Source of the DNA: Chrysomallon squamiferum
Taxonomy: Eukaryota; Animalia; Mollusca
Assembly (NCBI GenBank): GCA_012295275.1
Contig: CM022678.1
Span: 5,084,001 to 5,148,000 of the forward strand
DNA: 64,000 nucleotides
Direction: 5' to 3'
Below the pieces are notes generated by a model, which worked only from the letters and a program-made list of their open reading frames with translations, was not told where the DNA came from and ran no database searches. How positions within the stretch are numbered: position 1 is the stretch's first letter; every line of letters starts with the position of its first letter. Below are positions 13,211-26,914 of this stretch, piece after piece. The position numbers and the translations under genes were made by a program.

Positions 13211-13884
13211 CTAGTTGTCACCTGACAAAATGGGCGGCAGACGAACAATGCTGTCCCCGGTGACGTATTTCACTTCGACGTCGGCCGTCTTGTCTTCCAG
13301 CAGCTCGAACACTGGCAGACATTTCGTCGGCTTGACGTTCATGACGATCTGCAGCAGCTCGTTGCTGCCCACGTTGACGACGTACAGCGTGCTCGCGCGC
13401 ATGTCCAGCAGGAAGCCGAACGTCACCGTCTTCGTCTTGTTGAAGACGTCGTGGAGGCTGACGAGCTCTTTGTTGTCGGCGACGGCCTGGGACTGGCCGC
13501 CGTTCCACCACCTCAGCGCCAACGACGACTTGTAGGCGACTCTGTACAGCGCACAGCCCGCGCTGAAGATGTTGTACGACAGCGACGTGAACTCGTCGCG
13601 CTTGTCCTCTTGCACGACCCCGAGGGAGAACAGATCCACCGTGGCCCGAGGCTTCTGTTTGACGCGCAAGGTGACGGCCACCTCCCAGTACTCGCAGGCG
13701 TTGCCGCCGAACCACCTGTTGCTCGTCACGCCCCTCAGTTTCAGCAGCCTGCCCTTGTCGTAGAAGTCGTACCTCTTGGTGCCGTCGTCGCTCCAGTGGC
13801 TGCTGTTTGAAGCGCACGTCTGCGTCTGAGCGTCCACGTAGATGAGCATGGCTTTGCTGTCGATGCTTAGAAAGCACGACGTCC
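13211..13884 (-). CDS. Terminal exon encoding a divergent B30.2/SPRY domain (FN3-SPRY, TRIM/FSD-like gene)
   Basis: SPRY-like motifs FLSID, YWEV, LGVV, FGFLLD and LPVF; GC-rich codon usage. Polypyrimidine acceptor tttttgtgtcttccag at 13885-13886, phase 1, matching the upstream exon. Confidence 0.75.
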
Positions 13885-13968
13885 CTGGAAGACACAAAAA
13901 TAGTAAAGCCGCCAGGAACATTATTCATAAACGTTAATAGAAACAATAACAGTGAAATACGTTAACAT

Positions 13969-14520
13969 ACAATACGTAATAAGTAAGAGTGTAATTCACA
14001 GGCAACAAAGCATGATATATAGACAATACGTAATAAATAAGAGTGTAATAAATAGGCAACAAAGCATGATACATAGAGAATACGTAATAAGTAAGAGTAT
14101 AATAGATAGGCAACAAAGCATGATACATAGACAATACGTAATAAGTTAGAGTATAATATATAGGCAACAAAGCATGATATATAGACAATACGTAATAAGT
14201 AAGAGTATAATAGATAGGCAACAAAGCATGATACATAGACAATACGTAATAAGTTAGAGTATAATATATAGGCAACAAAGCATGATATATAGACAATACG
14301 TAATAAGTAAGAGTATAATACATAGGCAACAAAGCATGATGTATAGACAATACGTAATAAGTAAGAGTATAATACATAGGCAACAAAGCATGATACATAG
14401 ACAATACGTAATAAGTAAGAGTATAATATATAGGCAACAAAGCATGATATATAGACAATACGTAATAAGTAAGTGTGTAATGCATAGGCAACAGAACATG
14501 ATACATAGACAATACGTAAT
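13969..14520 (+). repeat. 54-bp minisatellite, 10 full copies plus a partial copy (intronic)
   Basis: Unit acaatacgtaataagtaagagtataatatataggcaacaaagcatgatatatag starts at 13969, 14023 ... 14455, 14509. Confidence 0.95.
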
Positions 14521-15081
14521 AGTAAAAAAAAAAAAAAACACTAACAATACGTGACAGCAAACAAAAAAAACAAAAAACAAAAAAATCATTCTAGACATGA
14601 ATCTGTAATTAAAGACATCATTCATAGACTATACATACTAATAAAAATAACACACACACACACACTCACACTCTCTCTCTCTCCCTCTGTCTCTCTGTCA
14701 CACAAACACACTCACGCGCACACCACACACACACACACACCTACACACACAGAGAGAAAAGAAAAACAAGAACTTCAAACATGGACAAAACGTTGTAACC
14801 ATAAAATATACATAAATATAGTAATCAGAAATTTAAACTATGTATGTATGTATGTATGTATGTATTTATATATATATATATATGTTTTTATATAATATGT
14901 ATGTTTTTATGTAATATGTATCTATGTATCTATGTATGTATGTATGTATGTCTGTATGTGTGTATGTATGTGCATCTGCCATATTTGTGGTAATTAAAGT
15001 ATTCTCGCATATTTTCTGTTGGCACACTTTATGCAGTGAGAGATTTGTAAATAGGTTTTCGGATCTCAGGGTGCTAATTGT

Positions 15082-15153
<72 letters not shown>

Positions 15154-15925
15154 TATAATTATAATAATATTAATAATAATAACAATAATAATAACTCAGA
15201 CCTTCTCTCTGGACTTAGTATAATTTAATTAAGTTTTAAAAACTAAAACTAAATAAAAAATTAATTAATTAAAAAAAAAAAAAATTAAAAAAAAGAGAAT
15301 AATACTAATAATAACAAAAACAGCAGCAGCAACAACAATAATTAAAATAAGAATAATAATAGCGCAAAGGTAATTGCTGTATCAAAAACGGAATAAATAA
15401 ATATCATTTTCTAATTACTTTCACCAACAGCTGCGGCGATTACCTATGTCACAGTGACATAAAAATAATCATGGATGAAACTGTGAGCTTACTAAATGTT
15501 ATCAAGTTTTTCAGAATTTATTGTAACATATTAACAACAAATAACGACTCTATCCAAAATGGACTCAATACTGAAACAGAAAAAAAAAAAAAAAAAATAA
15601 TAATAATAATAAAAAAATTAAAATTAAAAAATTAAAATTAAAAAAAAATTAAATAAAATAGAATTAAAAAAAAATGAATCTTTCTTGTTTCTTTCTTTGC
15701 GCTGACTATTTTTTTAGCAGATGTGGCTTATACAAAATACTTCTTTCGTCCATAATTTCTTTGTCATTGTTGGCACATCTAGTATCTTTTATTCGATTAT
15801 TACGACAGTGCGCACAGATATGTTGAGAGGTGTGTCTGTAATTACTGATTTTTTTTTATGGATATCTGAAAACGATCGATAAGTGTTTTTTTTTCTTCTT
15901 TTTAAACAAAAATGAAAAGCTACTA

Positions 15926-15958
<33 letters not shown>

Positions 15959-17086
15959 GTAGTATTATTATTATTGTTGTTATTATTATTATTATTTCAT
16001 GGATTTCTCGCTACACAGCGTGGGTTGATTAAACGTTTGATGCGAGATTTTATTAATTTATCACACATATAAATCTATACAGACAAGCACACATCTACAC
16101 GCACACACACACACACTGCATATTGCTACATACACATTAATAGACATGCACATATACATACATATATGCACAGGCACACAAACGTATATATGTATATATA
16201 CACACACACACACACACATACACACATGTATATCCATCTATATATCTACACACACAAACACACACAAAAACACATACATACATACACATGCATATACCCA
16301 TACACATATATACAAATACACATGCATGCATACAACATGTACGTGTATAGACATGCACATCAAGAGAAAACTTTAAAATAAATGGATTGTATTATTTATT
16401 ACCGGGCAAACGGCATTGATAGCATTAATATTGGGATCAGATCAGTAATTTTTTTTGTCGCACTGTCAGTGTATCAAGTGTTTGCTCAGTAAAAAATTTC
16501 AATTATTAATTATTATTTTTAGTACGTCTTAGCTCTGTGTGATGTTTTTCATTACAGATTTGTGTCTATGTATGATTTAAAATTATTATTAATAGGAACT
16601 GACTGTGGTATGTTATTATTTATTTAATTATTTATTTATTTTTATTTTTTACTTGTACGTATTGTCTATACAGATTTCTGGATGCTACGTAACATCTAAC
16701 ATGATATTTGTCATTAGTGTCTTTGTTTGTCTATCTATGATGTTTTTAATTAATAATTCAGATCAATGTATGAACTCTTTTTCTTTTACATATTGTCTGT
16801 GTACGACATATTTATTTTTTTAACCTTATATTTTTTTTTTATTAGTACGTATTGTCTTTGTATAATGTGTTTGCCTACTATGCATTGTCTATCATGTTTT
16901 CAGTTCAGGCCTGTACATGAACTGTTTGTCTTTTACACGTTCTCTGTGGATGATCCCTCTATCTACTGCGTATTGTCTATGTACAACGTGCTTGATTAGT
17001 ACGTATGGTCTTTGTATGTTTTTACAGTGGTACATATTATCTAATATGATACTTTTTAATTAGTACACAATCTGTCTATATAGATA

Positions 17087-17864
17087 TAGTAGTACCTCGA
17101 CTTACGAGTTTTCCGAGTTATGAGCAGTTGCCCTGTCGGGTTTTGGCTTTGAGTTGCGAGCCAAAATCCGAGTTACGAGTGAGGGTCAGATATACCACCG
17201 CTAGTTGGCGCAGTGAACACGTTTGCATCACGTGGTTATCTCGCCGTGGAAGCATCTCTGTTGTGATGTGCTCCCGTTTTGTGCAGTATTTTGACAAATT
17301 TCCAACGATCGTAAGAAAGTGAGTGTAAAGGACAGAGCTGAGAAGAAGAAGCGGATGATGTCCACTGAATTAAAGCGTCAAATCATAGAAAACATGAACG
17401 AGGTGTGCGTGTAGTCGATTTAGCTAGGCAGTACGAGCGTAGTACTTTTACGATATGTACCATACCGAAGCAGGAGAAGTCGATAAAGGCTACAACTCCA
17501 GCCAAAGGCGTTAAAATAATTTCTAAGCTGCGGACCTCTGTCCACGAAAAGATGGAGAAACCCTAACCATGTACACTTTACAAAACCAATTTGTTTCTTT
17601 ACATTCTCTTTTATTATTATTATTTTTTTTATACAATATTTGTCATTTATACATACATGTTTTCTTATATAAAAACACGTTACAAAAAAAAAAAAAATAA
17701 TAAATAAATAAAAAAGAAAATATTGGGTTGGTTTTTCGCGGCTGAAACGGGTTAATGGTATTTCACTTAATTTCATTTGGGAAAATAGATTTGATTATAC
17801 GAGCAAACTGAATTACGAGCTCGGTCACGGAAACGAATTAAACTCGAAAGTCAAGGTACCACTG
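17087..17864 (+). mobile_element. Non-autonomous Tigger/pogo (Tc1-mariner superfamily) DNA transposon
   Basis: TIRs tagtagtacctcgacttacgag / ctcgaaagtcaaggtaccactg, flanked by TA on both sides. Internal frameshifted relic KKKRMMSTELKRQIIE..HERGVRVVDLARQYERSTFTICTI resembles the CENP-B-like N-terminal HTH of pogo transposases. Confidence 0.88.
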
Positions 17865-17868
17865 TAAA

Positions 17869-17915
<47 letters not shown>

Positions 17916-17993
17916 TTACTACTACTACTACTACTACTAATAATAATAATTATAAAGGTAATTTAAAATTTAAAAAAAGTATGTTGTTCTTAC

Positions 17994-18311
17994 GATTTAC
18001 TCTGTGCGGCGTGAGGATGTTCATCTTCTCGCCAAAGTTGCTCATACCCTCTGGATACACCGCCTGCAGACATATGCAGTAGTTGCAGTTGTGACGCAAG
18101 CCGTCGATGACGACGGACGTCGCGCCGGGGTCTTTCAGCTGCTGAAATGTGATCTCTTTGAGGAACGCGACGTTGCCTTCGGTGTTGGAAAACTTCGTCC
18201 TGTAAAGGTAGGCGCTCGGGCAAGCCTCCCAGCTAATTTTTATCTTCGCCGAGTCGTCGAAAGATCGTGTAACGATGATGTTCGTGATTTTGGGCTTCTT
18301 AAAGTGCTTGT
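17994..18311 (-). CDS. Internal exon encoding a fibronectin type III domain (same gene as 13211-13884)
   Basis: tttcag acceptor, gtaaga donor, 318 nt, phase 1-1, open frame: KHFKKPKITNIIVTRSFDDSAKIKISWEACPSAYLYRTKF...ATSVVIDGLRHNCNYCICLQAVYPEGMSNFGEKMNILTPHRVN. Shows the FN3 W, Y, GL..Y and G.S pattern. Confidence 0.85.
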
Positions 18312-19358
18312 CTGAAATGATACAGTGGATTTAAAGAAGGTTACAGTCTCTACGAATGTTACGTTTGTTGATATGTTAAATAAAAGAACGATAGTTTTCG
18401 CAAATGAATTAAAAGGAAACGGTAAGAAAGAAAATAATAATAATAACAAAACTAACTAACTAACTAACTAACTAAATAAATAAATAAAAGTCAGATAAAA
18501 AAGTAAATATATTTAAAATAAAATTAAAATAAATTATAACCATATTTATAACGTACGTATATATATATGTATATGCACAAAAGATTTTAATATATTACAT
18601 CTAAGAGAGATAACTCAGATATGGCAATCATGAGGTGTTTGCTTTGGTGATTGTCTCCCCTACTTATATATCTAATGCTCTGACCTGCACTATTATATTT
18701 TGTTTTGTTTGTTGTTGTTGTTGTTTTTTCTGTTATTTTTTCTCCACATCGTTATTTTCATATGACTGGACTGACCTCAGGATATTACAGATAACTAATT
18801 TGTTAAATACAAAGACTCTCTTCACAGCGCACCATTCTACATCTGACGCATCGTATCAAACGGTTTTCAAAGTAAACCGTTGATGATGATGATGATGATG
18901 ACAACAAATACAACGGCGACGAAGAAAATAATAATAAAACGAAAAAAATGTTTAACTATTCTGTACTGTAATATACTCTTAATATACTGTAGTTAATCTA
19001 ATATAATTAATAATAGCATACTAATAATAAAACGTCTAACAACAACAATAATAAAACAAGCGAACATAAATAATAAAAAAAAAAATAGTAAAATAATAAG
19101 ATAATAAATGAATAAATAATGATGAAAATGATGATGATAATAAAAATATTGAATGATATATATATTAAAAAAAATAATAATAATAAAAATAAAAACTATA
19201 ATATTATAAATTAGATTGCCTGAAATAGTTTTTTAAAAAGTTGTTTATTCATTTGATATTAAGTAAAACTGAGCTACTTGTTTATGTTAATTTAACTGTG
19301 ATGGTTCCTGATTTCAAATGAAACGACAACAATAATAATTATGATGATGATGATGAAT

Positions 19359-19558
19359 NNNNNNNNNNNNNNNNNNNNNNNNNNNNNNNNNNNNNNNNNN
19401 NNNNNNNNNNNNNNNNNNNNNNNNNNNNNNNNNNNNNNNNNNNNNNNNNNNNNNNNNNNNNNNNNNNNNNNNNNNNNNNNNNNNNNNNNNNNNNNNNNNN
19501 NNNNNNNNNNNNNNNNNNNNNNNNNNNNNNNNNNNNNNNNNNNNNNNNNNNNNNNNNN
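19359..19558. other. Assembly gap (200 N)
   Basis: Run of N. Confidence 1.
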
Positions 19559-19560
19559 CA

Positions 19561-20099
19561 ATCAAATGGTTTGTTGACACAAAACCATGGAGAAATGTTT
19601 TGTCAACAAACAAAAGCGGCGATGTAGTATTTGGATCGAAAGCCGAGTTGAGAAGCGCTGTTGAAAATGGTGCTGACGTACGCGTGGTTCTTCAGATTGA
19701 TTCCAGCAAACCAGCTTCAAACACTTCCAAGAAAAGGCAGGATGACTGGCGGGAAATGGGCGGAGAAGATGGAGGGCTGTGGGACAGACACGGCGGATCA
19801 GCTGACATGAACGTAAGGAACAGGAGGTCACATGAATGTAAGGAACAGGAGTGGACATTCTTTAAGACTAGCAATCTGGAGTTAGGTCCTTCTGGGAGGT
19901 TTCTGCCGAGTTACTTCAGAGTGTCAGTACTGAAGAAATGGGATCAAACGAACTGAAGATAAAGAAAGATGCCTTCTGGAAATACATGATCGTCACTACA
20001 CAAGGTGATGTCGACGTCTCTCAGAGAGGTATAGGAGTTAGGAGATACGACGGCCACTTTTCTGTTAAATATGCCATCAAATGGTTTGTCAACTATTAA
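19561..20099 (+). CDS. Four-repeat secreted protein, copy A: 3' end only (cut by the gap); one -1 frameshift at ~19895
   Basis: Near-identical to 28664-29203. Reads tctgggagg where copy B has tctggggagg. AATAAA at 20182. Confidence 0.8.
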
Positions 20100-20131
20100 C
20101 TTTTGAACCTTACCACAAACACACACACACA

Positions 20132-20176
<45 letters not shown>

Positions 20177-20233
20177 TCAATAATAAAGAAAACTAAAGTT
20201 GTTGTTGTTGTTGTTGTTGTTGTTCTTCTTCTT

Positions 20234-20264
<31 letters not shown>

Positions 20265-20755
20265 TTATTATTATTACTATTTTTCTAACGCTTGCTCTCG
20301 CTTTTCAATGTTTCTGTGTGTTCCGTGTTTCTGATGAATGTAGCGTATATACAGCTTTTTTCATTACGAAAACGAAAGTTTACTGTTGAAAGTGTTCCCT
20401 TTTTTATTTTATTTTCAAGGCCGAAAGTTTTTCAAATAACATTCAATGATTTAATAACACACTGGCTGTTTTCGGCGTAAAATAGGGAGACTAAACTAAG
20501 TAATTTTTAACTCTTTATATTTGCATCGACTTTTTTATCAATGCAGTCTTACTTAAAATAAAATATACTAAAAACAAATTAAATAAATGTTCTCAAATGT
20601 CAGAAGGACTTAAAATAGCTATTTGAATGGATATCTCAAACAGATTCACAATTAAAAGTGGTCTTTGGTTTACAATCATCGAAAAAATGGGATGGATTTA
20701 ATAAAGACTGTCGAAAAAATTTTGTTTTCCCAAAAAATCGTTTTATAAATCGTTA

Positions 20756-20787
<32 letters not shown>

Positions 20788-22384
20788 TAATTAATAAATT
20801 AATTAATTACTTGCATTTCAGTTCCCACCCGTTATGTAATTAATTACTTCATCGAATAACATCAAAATTCAGAACTTAATGTCAAGTCACGGCACTGAGA
20901 CAAAATTACTAGTCGTGTTTCAACATCACACCTTGTTTCTGTTTCAAATATTCCTTTCAGTACATCGATAGAAATGTCTGAGCTAACTAAAACGATGATT
21001 CAACACGCCTACAACGTTATCAAATTCTCACTACAAAACTTGTTTATTTTATCAAGTCTATAACAGACGAATAATTTCATTTGTTTCTCTACGGTCTGTG
21101 CTGATACGGTCAACTTCAGATAAGTGTGAAACAGATTTAGTGTTGTAGAAATAAATTAAAGAAATATCTGACAGAATCCAGTTCATCGCGCATAATCAAT
21201 AATTTAGAAATCTTCTGAACACAATCTTCAGTAGTAACATTTTATTAAACAGAATGTAATAATGATCCAGTCTGTTAAGCCCTTTTTGGGGAGATCTGTA
21301 GAAAATGGCGTCACGAGAGAAACAGAAAGAAACAGACTCGTTTTATTTATCTTAAATGCGACTGAGGTAATGCTTTGAGGTGTTAGTGTAGTTTTAAAGA
21401 AAGAAAGAAAAGAAAACAAGTTGTCACTAACAATTTAATAGTGCAGTTCTTTCTTTCACTTTTGTGTTGGGTTACATTTTTTTTTCTGTTGTTTTCTTGT
21501 TTTTTGTTTGTTTTTGTTTCTTTTTTAAATGGTTGACGGCATTCGGTAATTAATGAAGAAATATGCGACTCTCTTAATCAAAGACTAGAGTATCCTGTCG
21601 ATTGTTTATTTATTTTATTGGTTTCTTTCTTTGTTTATTCCTTAATATTTTGATTTTGAATAGAACAATTTCCCAGCCATCCTGTGCTACGGAGATTAAT
21701 AAACTTGACTGTCCTCTGAGGCAATTTCAGCAGGAAACATAAATACATACAGCATCTCCTTGACAGTAATAGTAAAAGACTCATATACACAAAAACGTGG
21801 AGTCTCGTTTTCCTCTTGGACACTTGGCATCATTGTTTGGGCTTCGTCCTAATTATTATCTCCAGCTTAAAAGACTATTTTGTTAGTCATCGATTCTCAT
21901 GTACACTGCGTCGTTTCTTTCTGTTTCAAAATGCTAATGTCACTGAACATAAGCATTCATCATCCTGGGTTTCAGTGCAATATTTTTATATACTACCGCC
22001 AGTTATACATGTCTGTGATGTCCCTGTATACAGCTTTATAAGGAGTGCCGGATATTTTTTTTTTGTTGGTTATGTATGCTGTATATATTTAACAGAAAAT
22101 TGCTACCTGCAAATACGGTCTCCAGTATTGTAATAAAAAAAAAACCTATCTGCAGCACAGCCTTCAGTGCCCGAAAATGGAATCAGAAACTTAACTGCAC
22201 TATTGTTAGATATAGCAAGCAGAAGACTCTCCAATTATTTGTTTGAAATTTTGTGTTGATTATTTCGTTTTAATTTTCTTTATGACAAACAATTATCTCA
22301 CTGCAGACCTGTGTGTATGACACGGTTGTCCAAACTGAAATATAAAAAGCAAAGAAAATAAAAAGATAAAAAAATAAACATTCG

Positions 22385-22693
22385 TTCTTTCGAAAATGAA
22401 GATAGAAAAAAAAAAATAATAAAATAACATAAAATAAATAAATAAATAAATAAATAAATAAATATCTGAGAAGTTCTGCGTCTAATATGAAAAGCAAAAC
22501 ATTAAATAAATACATAAATATCACAAAATCCAAAGAATTTCTACATTCTTAAACTGTGTTTTCAGCCACATCAAAAAAAAAAAAACTAATTCTATCAATT
22601 CATAACAAGACAAAACAAAGGAAAAAAGAGAGAAAAGGGCAACACATTCCTTATTTCGAAAATGAAGATAGAAAAAAAAAACATAAAATAAAA

Positions 22694-22724
<31 letters not shown>

Positions 22725-22910
22725 ACAAACATCTGAGAAGTTCTGCGTCTAATATGAAAAGCAAAACATTAAATAAATACATAAATATCATAAAATCCAA
22801 AGAATTTCTACATTCTTAGGCTGCGTTTTCGGCTACGTAAAAAAGGAAACTAATTCTATCAATTCATAACTAAACAAAACAATGGAAAAGAAAGAAAGAA
22901 AAGGACAAAA
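22385..22910 (+). repeat. Local ~270-bp tandem duplication (2 copies)
   Basis: ttcgaaaatgaagatagaaaa...atctgagaagttctgcgtctaatatg... occurs twice here and once in the paralogous unit at ~32000-32230. Confidence 0.8.
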
Positions 22911-25322
22911 CATGCACTAAGTCACATCTTCAACATTTTTAATGACTGTTCTCTTCTTCTTTGTTTCCATTCAATAAAAAAGAAACGTGCATAAATTTAA
23001 TTTTATTCACAGCAGTAAATTTTAATAAAGTCATCTGGCTAATGGGTAATCAATATTTTAGATAAATGAGTACCTTGAGGTACAAATTGTTTTACGTCTG
23101 TAGAATATTTCACAACAGTAAATGTTAATTTCCAATAGACTTGATTCTGCGTTTGAAATTGTCTTAAATATTTTCAGCTTTTCACAAGCGTAAAACATTT
23201 CCTAAATGATTGATAACAATGCAATAATGCTATTCGCGTGATCACGTTACATAACGAGTAGGCAGGATTTACGAGAGGATTACGTTCATCGTAAAAGGCT
23301 AGAATAATAAATAATATACATTCATGAATGTGTGTGTGTGTGTGTGCGTTTGTCAAAATATGACACAATGAGTCTTTGCCGGAAAGAACTAAAATGAATT
23401 ATTAATACCACTTTAATAAGCATTATTTCTTATCTCTTATGCTATGTCATAATAGAAGATATAACTATTTTAAAAAACGAACAAATAAAAATGAATTAAT
23501 TGGTCTGTAGCTGTTACAGACTTCTTTAATACTGACTCCCTAAAGTAACACAAAGAAAACCTTTACAGAAGGATCTAACTGAAGTATGTTTCCCTATCGG
23601 AAAATCCATCCTTTGTTTCTATAAACGGAATTTAAAAGTTGGACACAACCATGTTCCTATTTAATCCTTACATTATTTCTTTTCACCTACATGTTAGACA
23701 CAATTACTTTCATGTTGTGAACTTTCGACGGTACATTTGTTTTCAATAAGAGAACCGTGTTTTTCCTTTCCATCTTTGGTGTTGGTGAACGCTTTCAAAC
23801 CACTTGTCTGCGTGGTATAGCAGCGAGACACAGGATTCCAGATCGTATGCACTTACGATATCATTTAGTAGTAATTTACCTGTTAGGTTGGTATGTGATA
23901 ACGAATTTATATCGATATGTAATCATTATAACTAAATTAGTGGCTTTTAGTGTGAGTATATGAATGTGACTGAGAGACTTTTATTATGTTTCGTGACTTT
24001 CAAGAAGATAATGGTAATAATTATTGAAAATGTACTTAATCATCTCAAGGGATGTGGGAAAACAAAATAGTTAATTGATAGATACTAACTGAAACATAAT
24101 TATAATAATAATATAAAAGTATACGTAAATAGATAATGAAACTCTAATGATATTCTTTTGAATATCTACAGTGTTGGGCAGGTACGTAAAGCTCATAACG
24201 GCTGCAGTTATTTTCTGAAAATACAAAAGAAACCTTTTTTCAGATAAACTAATAAGTATGTGAGGATCCATAGGCTACTGAAATATTGATTATCCATTAG
24301 CCAAATATCTTCTTTTTTTTTTTTCATTACAATATATCTGATTGGAATTTAAGATTACCAGAATATTGCTGTCGTGAAATAAATTACATTAACATGTGTT
24401 TCTCAGATTTATGCTGATAAACCTATACATCGTTTTACACGTGGCAAATTTTACTGATCTGAAGTAAAGAAAATGAAAATATGGAGAGTAAAATGTATAT
24501 CGGTTACATTTTGTTTAAATTTTCTTTTTGTTTCTTTGTTTTTCTGATTTCTTTCCTTTATTTTTTATTTTATTTTATTTTATTTTTTCATTTCTTTCTC
24601 TGCATTGTCTTGAGTTTTTCTTTTTTCTTTTTTTTCTTTGTTTTTGTTTTTTTTTGTTGTTGTTTTTAAATAAACGTCAATAAAACGTAATTAGTATGAC
24701 GATGATTAAACTTATTCCTCATCGAGTTTACGAATTTTTGGTATGTGAAAACTTAAACCTGGCTTCAGATAGATTGATTGTACTGTGAATTTCTTTCTTG
24801 TGTGTCTAAACTGAAACAATTGATTTCATACTAATCTCAGAAAAGAAAACATCACAACAACGTGAGGAACCCGTGTATCATTCCGCAAACACGGTTCGAT
24901 CTATGAAAAACAAATTTTATTTTAATACTTTTTCATGGAATCATTATTTAATCACGTTCAGTCATTCATGTCCTTCCAAGTGTTTAAGTTAACTTCAAAA
25001 ATTACCACAGTCGCACACAAATGTAAATAAAATAAATATCTATACGATGCATGGCAAAACATAAAATACATATTTTTAACTAAAAACTTTGCCGTTTAAT
25101 ATCATAGTAATTTTTTCCAACAAATTAGCCTGATTGATTCAGGATTAAGTTACAAAACCGATAAAGTTACAAAATGGACAATCCACAAATACATTAATCG
25201 AGTCTGTTCATGATTTTGAAACTTTATTACGAGGAAAGGTTGGTGATCAATCTGAAATATACCAAAGTTAGTTCGTACTTTTTTATTGATTTCTAAAGAG
25301 AAATAATTTTAATCAAACCTAG

Positions 25323-25481
25323 GATCATTTGACTGAAGCCCACATGTGGAGATTACAAGCTGTGATGCAACATAAAAACAAATTATCAGCTGAATTGAAT
25401 TTTTGTATAAATTTAAGACAGTCAGTGAATCTGTCACATTTGAAGAGAATCGCAGAGATAGTGAGCTAGTCAAGGGTAAGT
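25323..25481 (+). promoter_or_regulatory. Putative TATA promoter and short non-coding exon 1 of copy B
   Basis: TATAAA at 25406 and a strong donor AAGG/gtaagt at 25475/25476. The block is conserved upstream of copies C and E and at 62.3 kb. Confidence 0.6.
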
Positions 25482-25884
25482 TCAATTCATACATCATCAA
25501 CATTGTTCACAAGTGAAAGTATTTACTGGAAATTTTGTCTTGCTTATTTATTTATTTTTTATTTTTAACGATTTCATTCTGATTATAGATGTCGAAATAG
25601 TAACGGACATTAGTAACATTTTCCATAACCTTTCTCTTCTTTTACTTAGCTACCTTATTGTTATTTGAATACAAAGTTGACGAAAAAATGCTGTTAGCAT
25701 TCTTAGTTATTAAAATTGTTGATGTCACCATCTGCTGGCCATTTACAAATACGTAAAATGCCTGTAATTTATCAGAAATCTAACTAAGAGACATGTTTTT
25801 TTTAATTTATTTTCTGTATATCCGTGTTGCTGTATTAAAATTATAAGAACTTAGTAGTAGTAGTAGTAGTAGTAGTAGTAGAAC

Positions 25885-25925
<41 letters not shown>

Positions 25926-26270
25926 TGACAAATCGATCAAAATACCAAGCCATAACTAGACTCTTTTCGAAATAAAGCAAAAACAATTAATCGCCGAACG
26001 GAGCAGGGAAAAAACATTTGGGCGAAGGATCTGGGTGTAAATGAGAATATTCATTGCATTAGGGCGAGAACCGCGTTAAATCATCAGGTGTTCGATAAAT
26101 CTGTTTTGATGTCTGGTGTCTTTGAAGTCAGTTTTGTCTTTCGTCCCTACGACATCGGCAAACTTCAGACGGTAACCACAGTCATCAACGAATTCATTCA
26201 GTGGATATCGTTTCTATCGGAATAGCGATTTATATTTTATATTTTTTAAACAAAATCTTTGCACTAAAAT

Positions 26271-26304
<34 letters not shown>

Positions 26305-26741
26305 TTCATTACGATGCATTTGCCGGAGTGGCCTCAGTATAGTTACGGCACTGAATACATACAGATATAGAGCACTAAAAATATGCCTGTCCGTGCTTGC
26401 GATAATGTATTTCAGTTCAGAATGTTTGTTCATTTAAATTATAGTATCCGCTATCTGATACAACTATGTGATTTCAACTAACGGCTGGGAAGTTTATCAA
26501 TAAATCAGGGAATATTGTAAAGTAACATTTTTTATTTGTCATTATTATTATGCATTAAATCTAAAAGATAAAAATAAAGTAGAAAAGTAAAATAATGTAT
26601 AAGTAAGAGAATATGAAAAGCATATATAACATAAGAATATATTATTCTCGTGCAACTTTATATATTACATTATTTTAATTTATATTATATTTGAATATTT
26701 CCTTGCATCACTTTTTCACCTCTTCTAAATTTCGATAACAA

Positions 26742-26808
<67 letters not shown>

Positions 26809-26829
26809 CTGTTTTAGACTGAGTCCATT

Positions 26830-26914
26830 ATGAAGCCTGTTTCAAATCTACCAGACTTAGCGAAACTTCTGCTACTTATACTGACAACCACGACAGCAAC
26901 TGCAGAACAGTGTG
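26830..26914 (+). CDS. Copy B signal-peptide exon (MKPVSNLPDLAKLLLLILTTTTATAEQC)
   Basis: Acceptor gttttag at 26817, ATG at 26830, donor G/gtaaga, phase 1. The same 85-nt exon occurs in copies C and E. Confidence 0.85.

Noticed and set aside
13215-13946. Overlapping 242-, 119- and 106-aa ORFs
   Set aside because: Shadow frames caused by the high GC3 of the SPRY exon.
13934-14625. 208-aa repetitive ORF, or CRISPR-like array
   Set aside because: Head-to-tail 54-bp minisatellite with no unique spacers; it is open only because 54 is divisible by 3; intronic and eukaryotic.
18776-18900. Candidate next upstream exon of the FN3-SPRY gene (minus-strand GAG/gtcagt donor)
   Set aside because: The required phase-1 frame has a TGA immediately before the donor.
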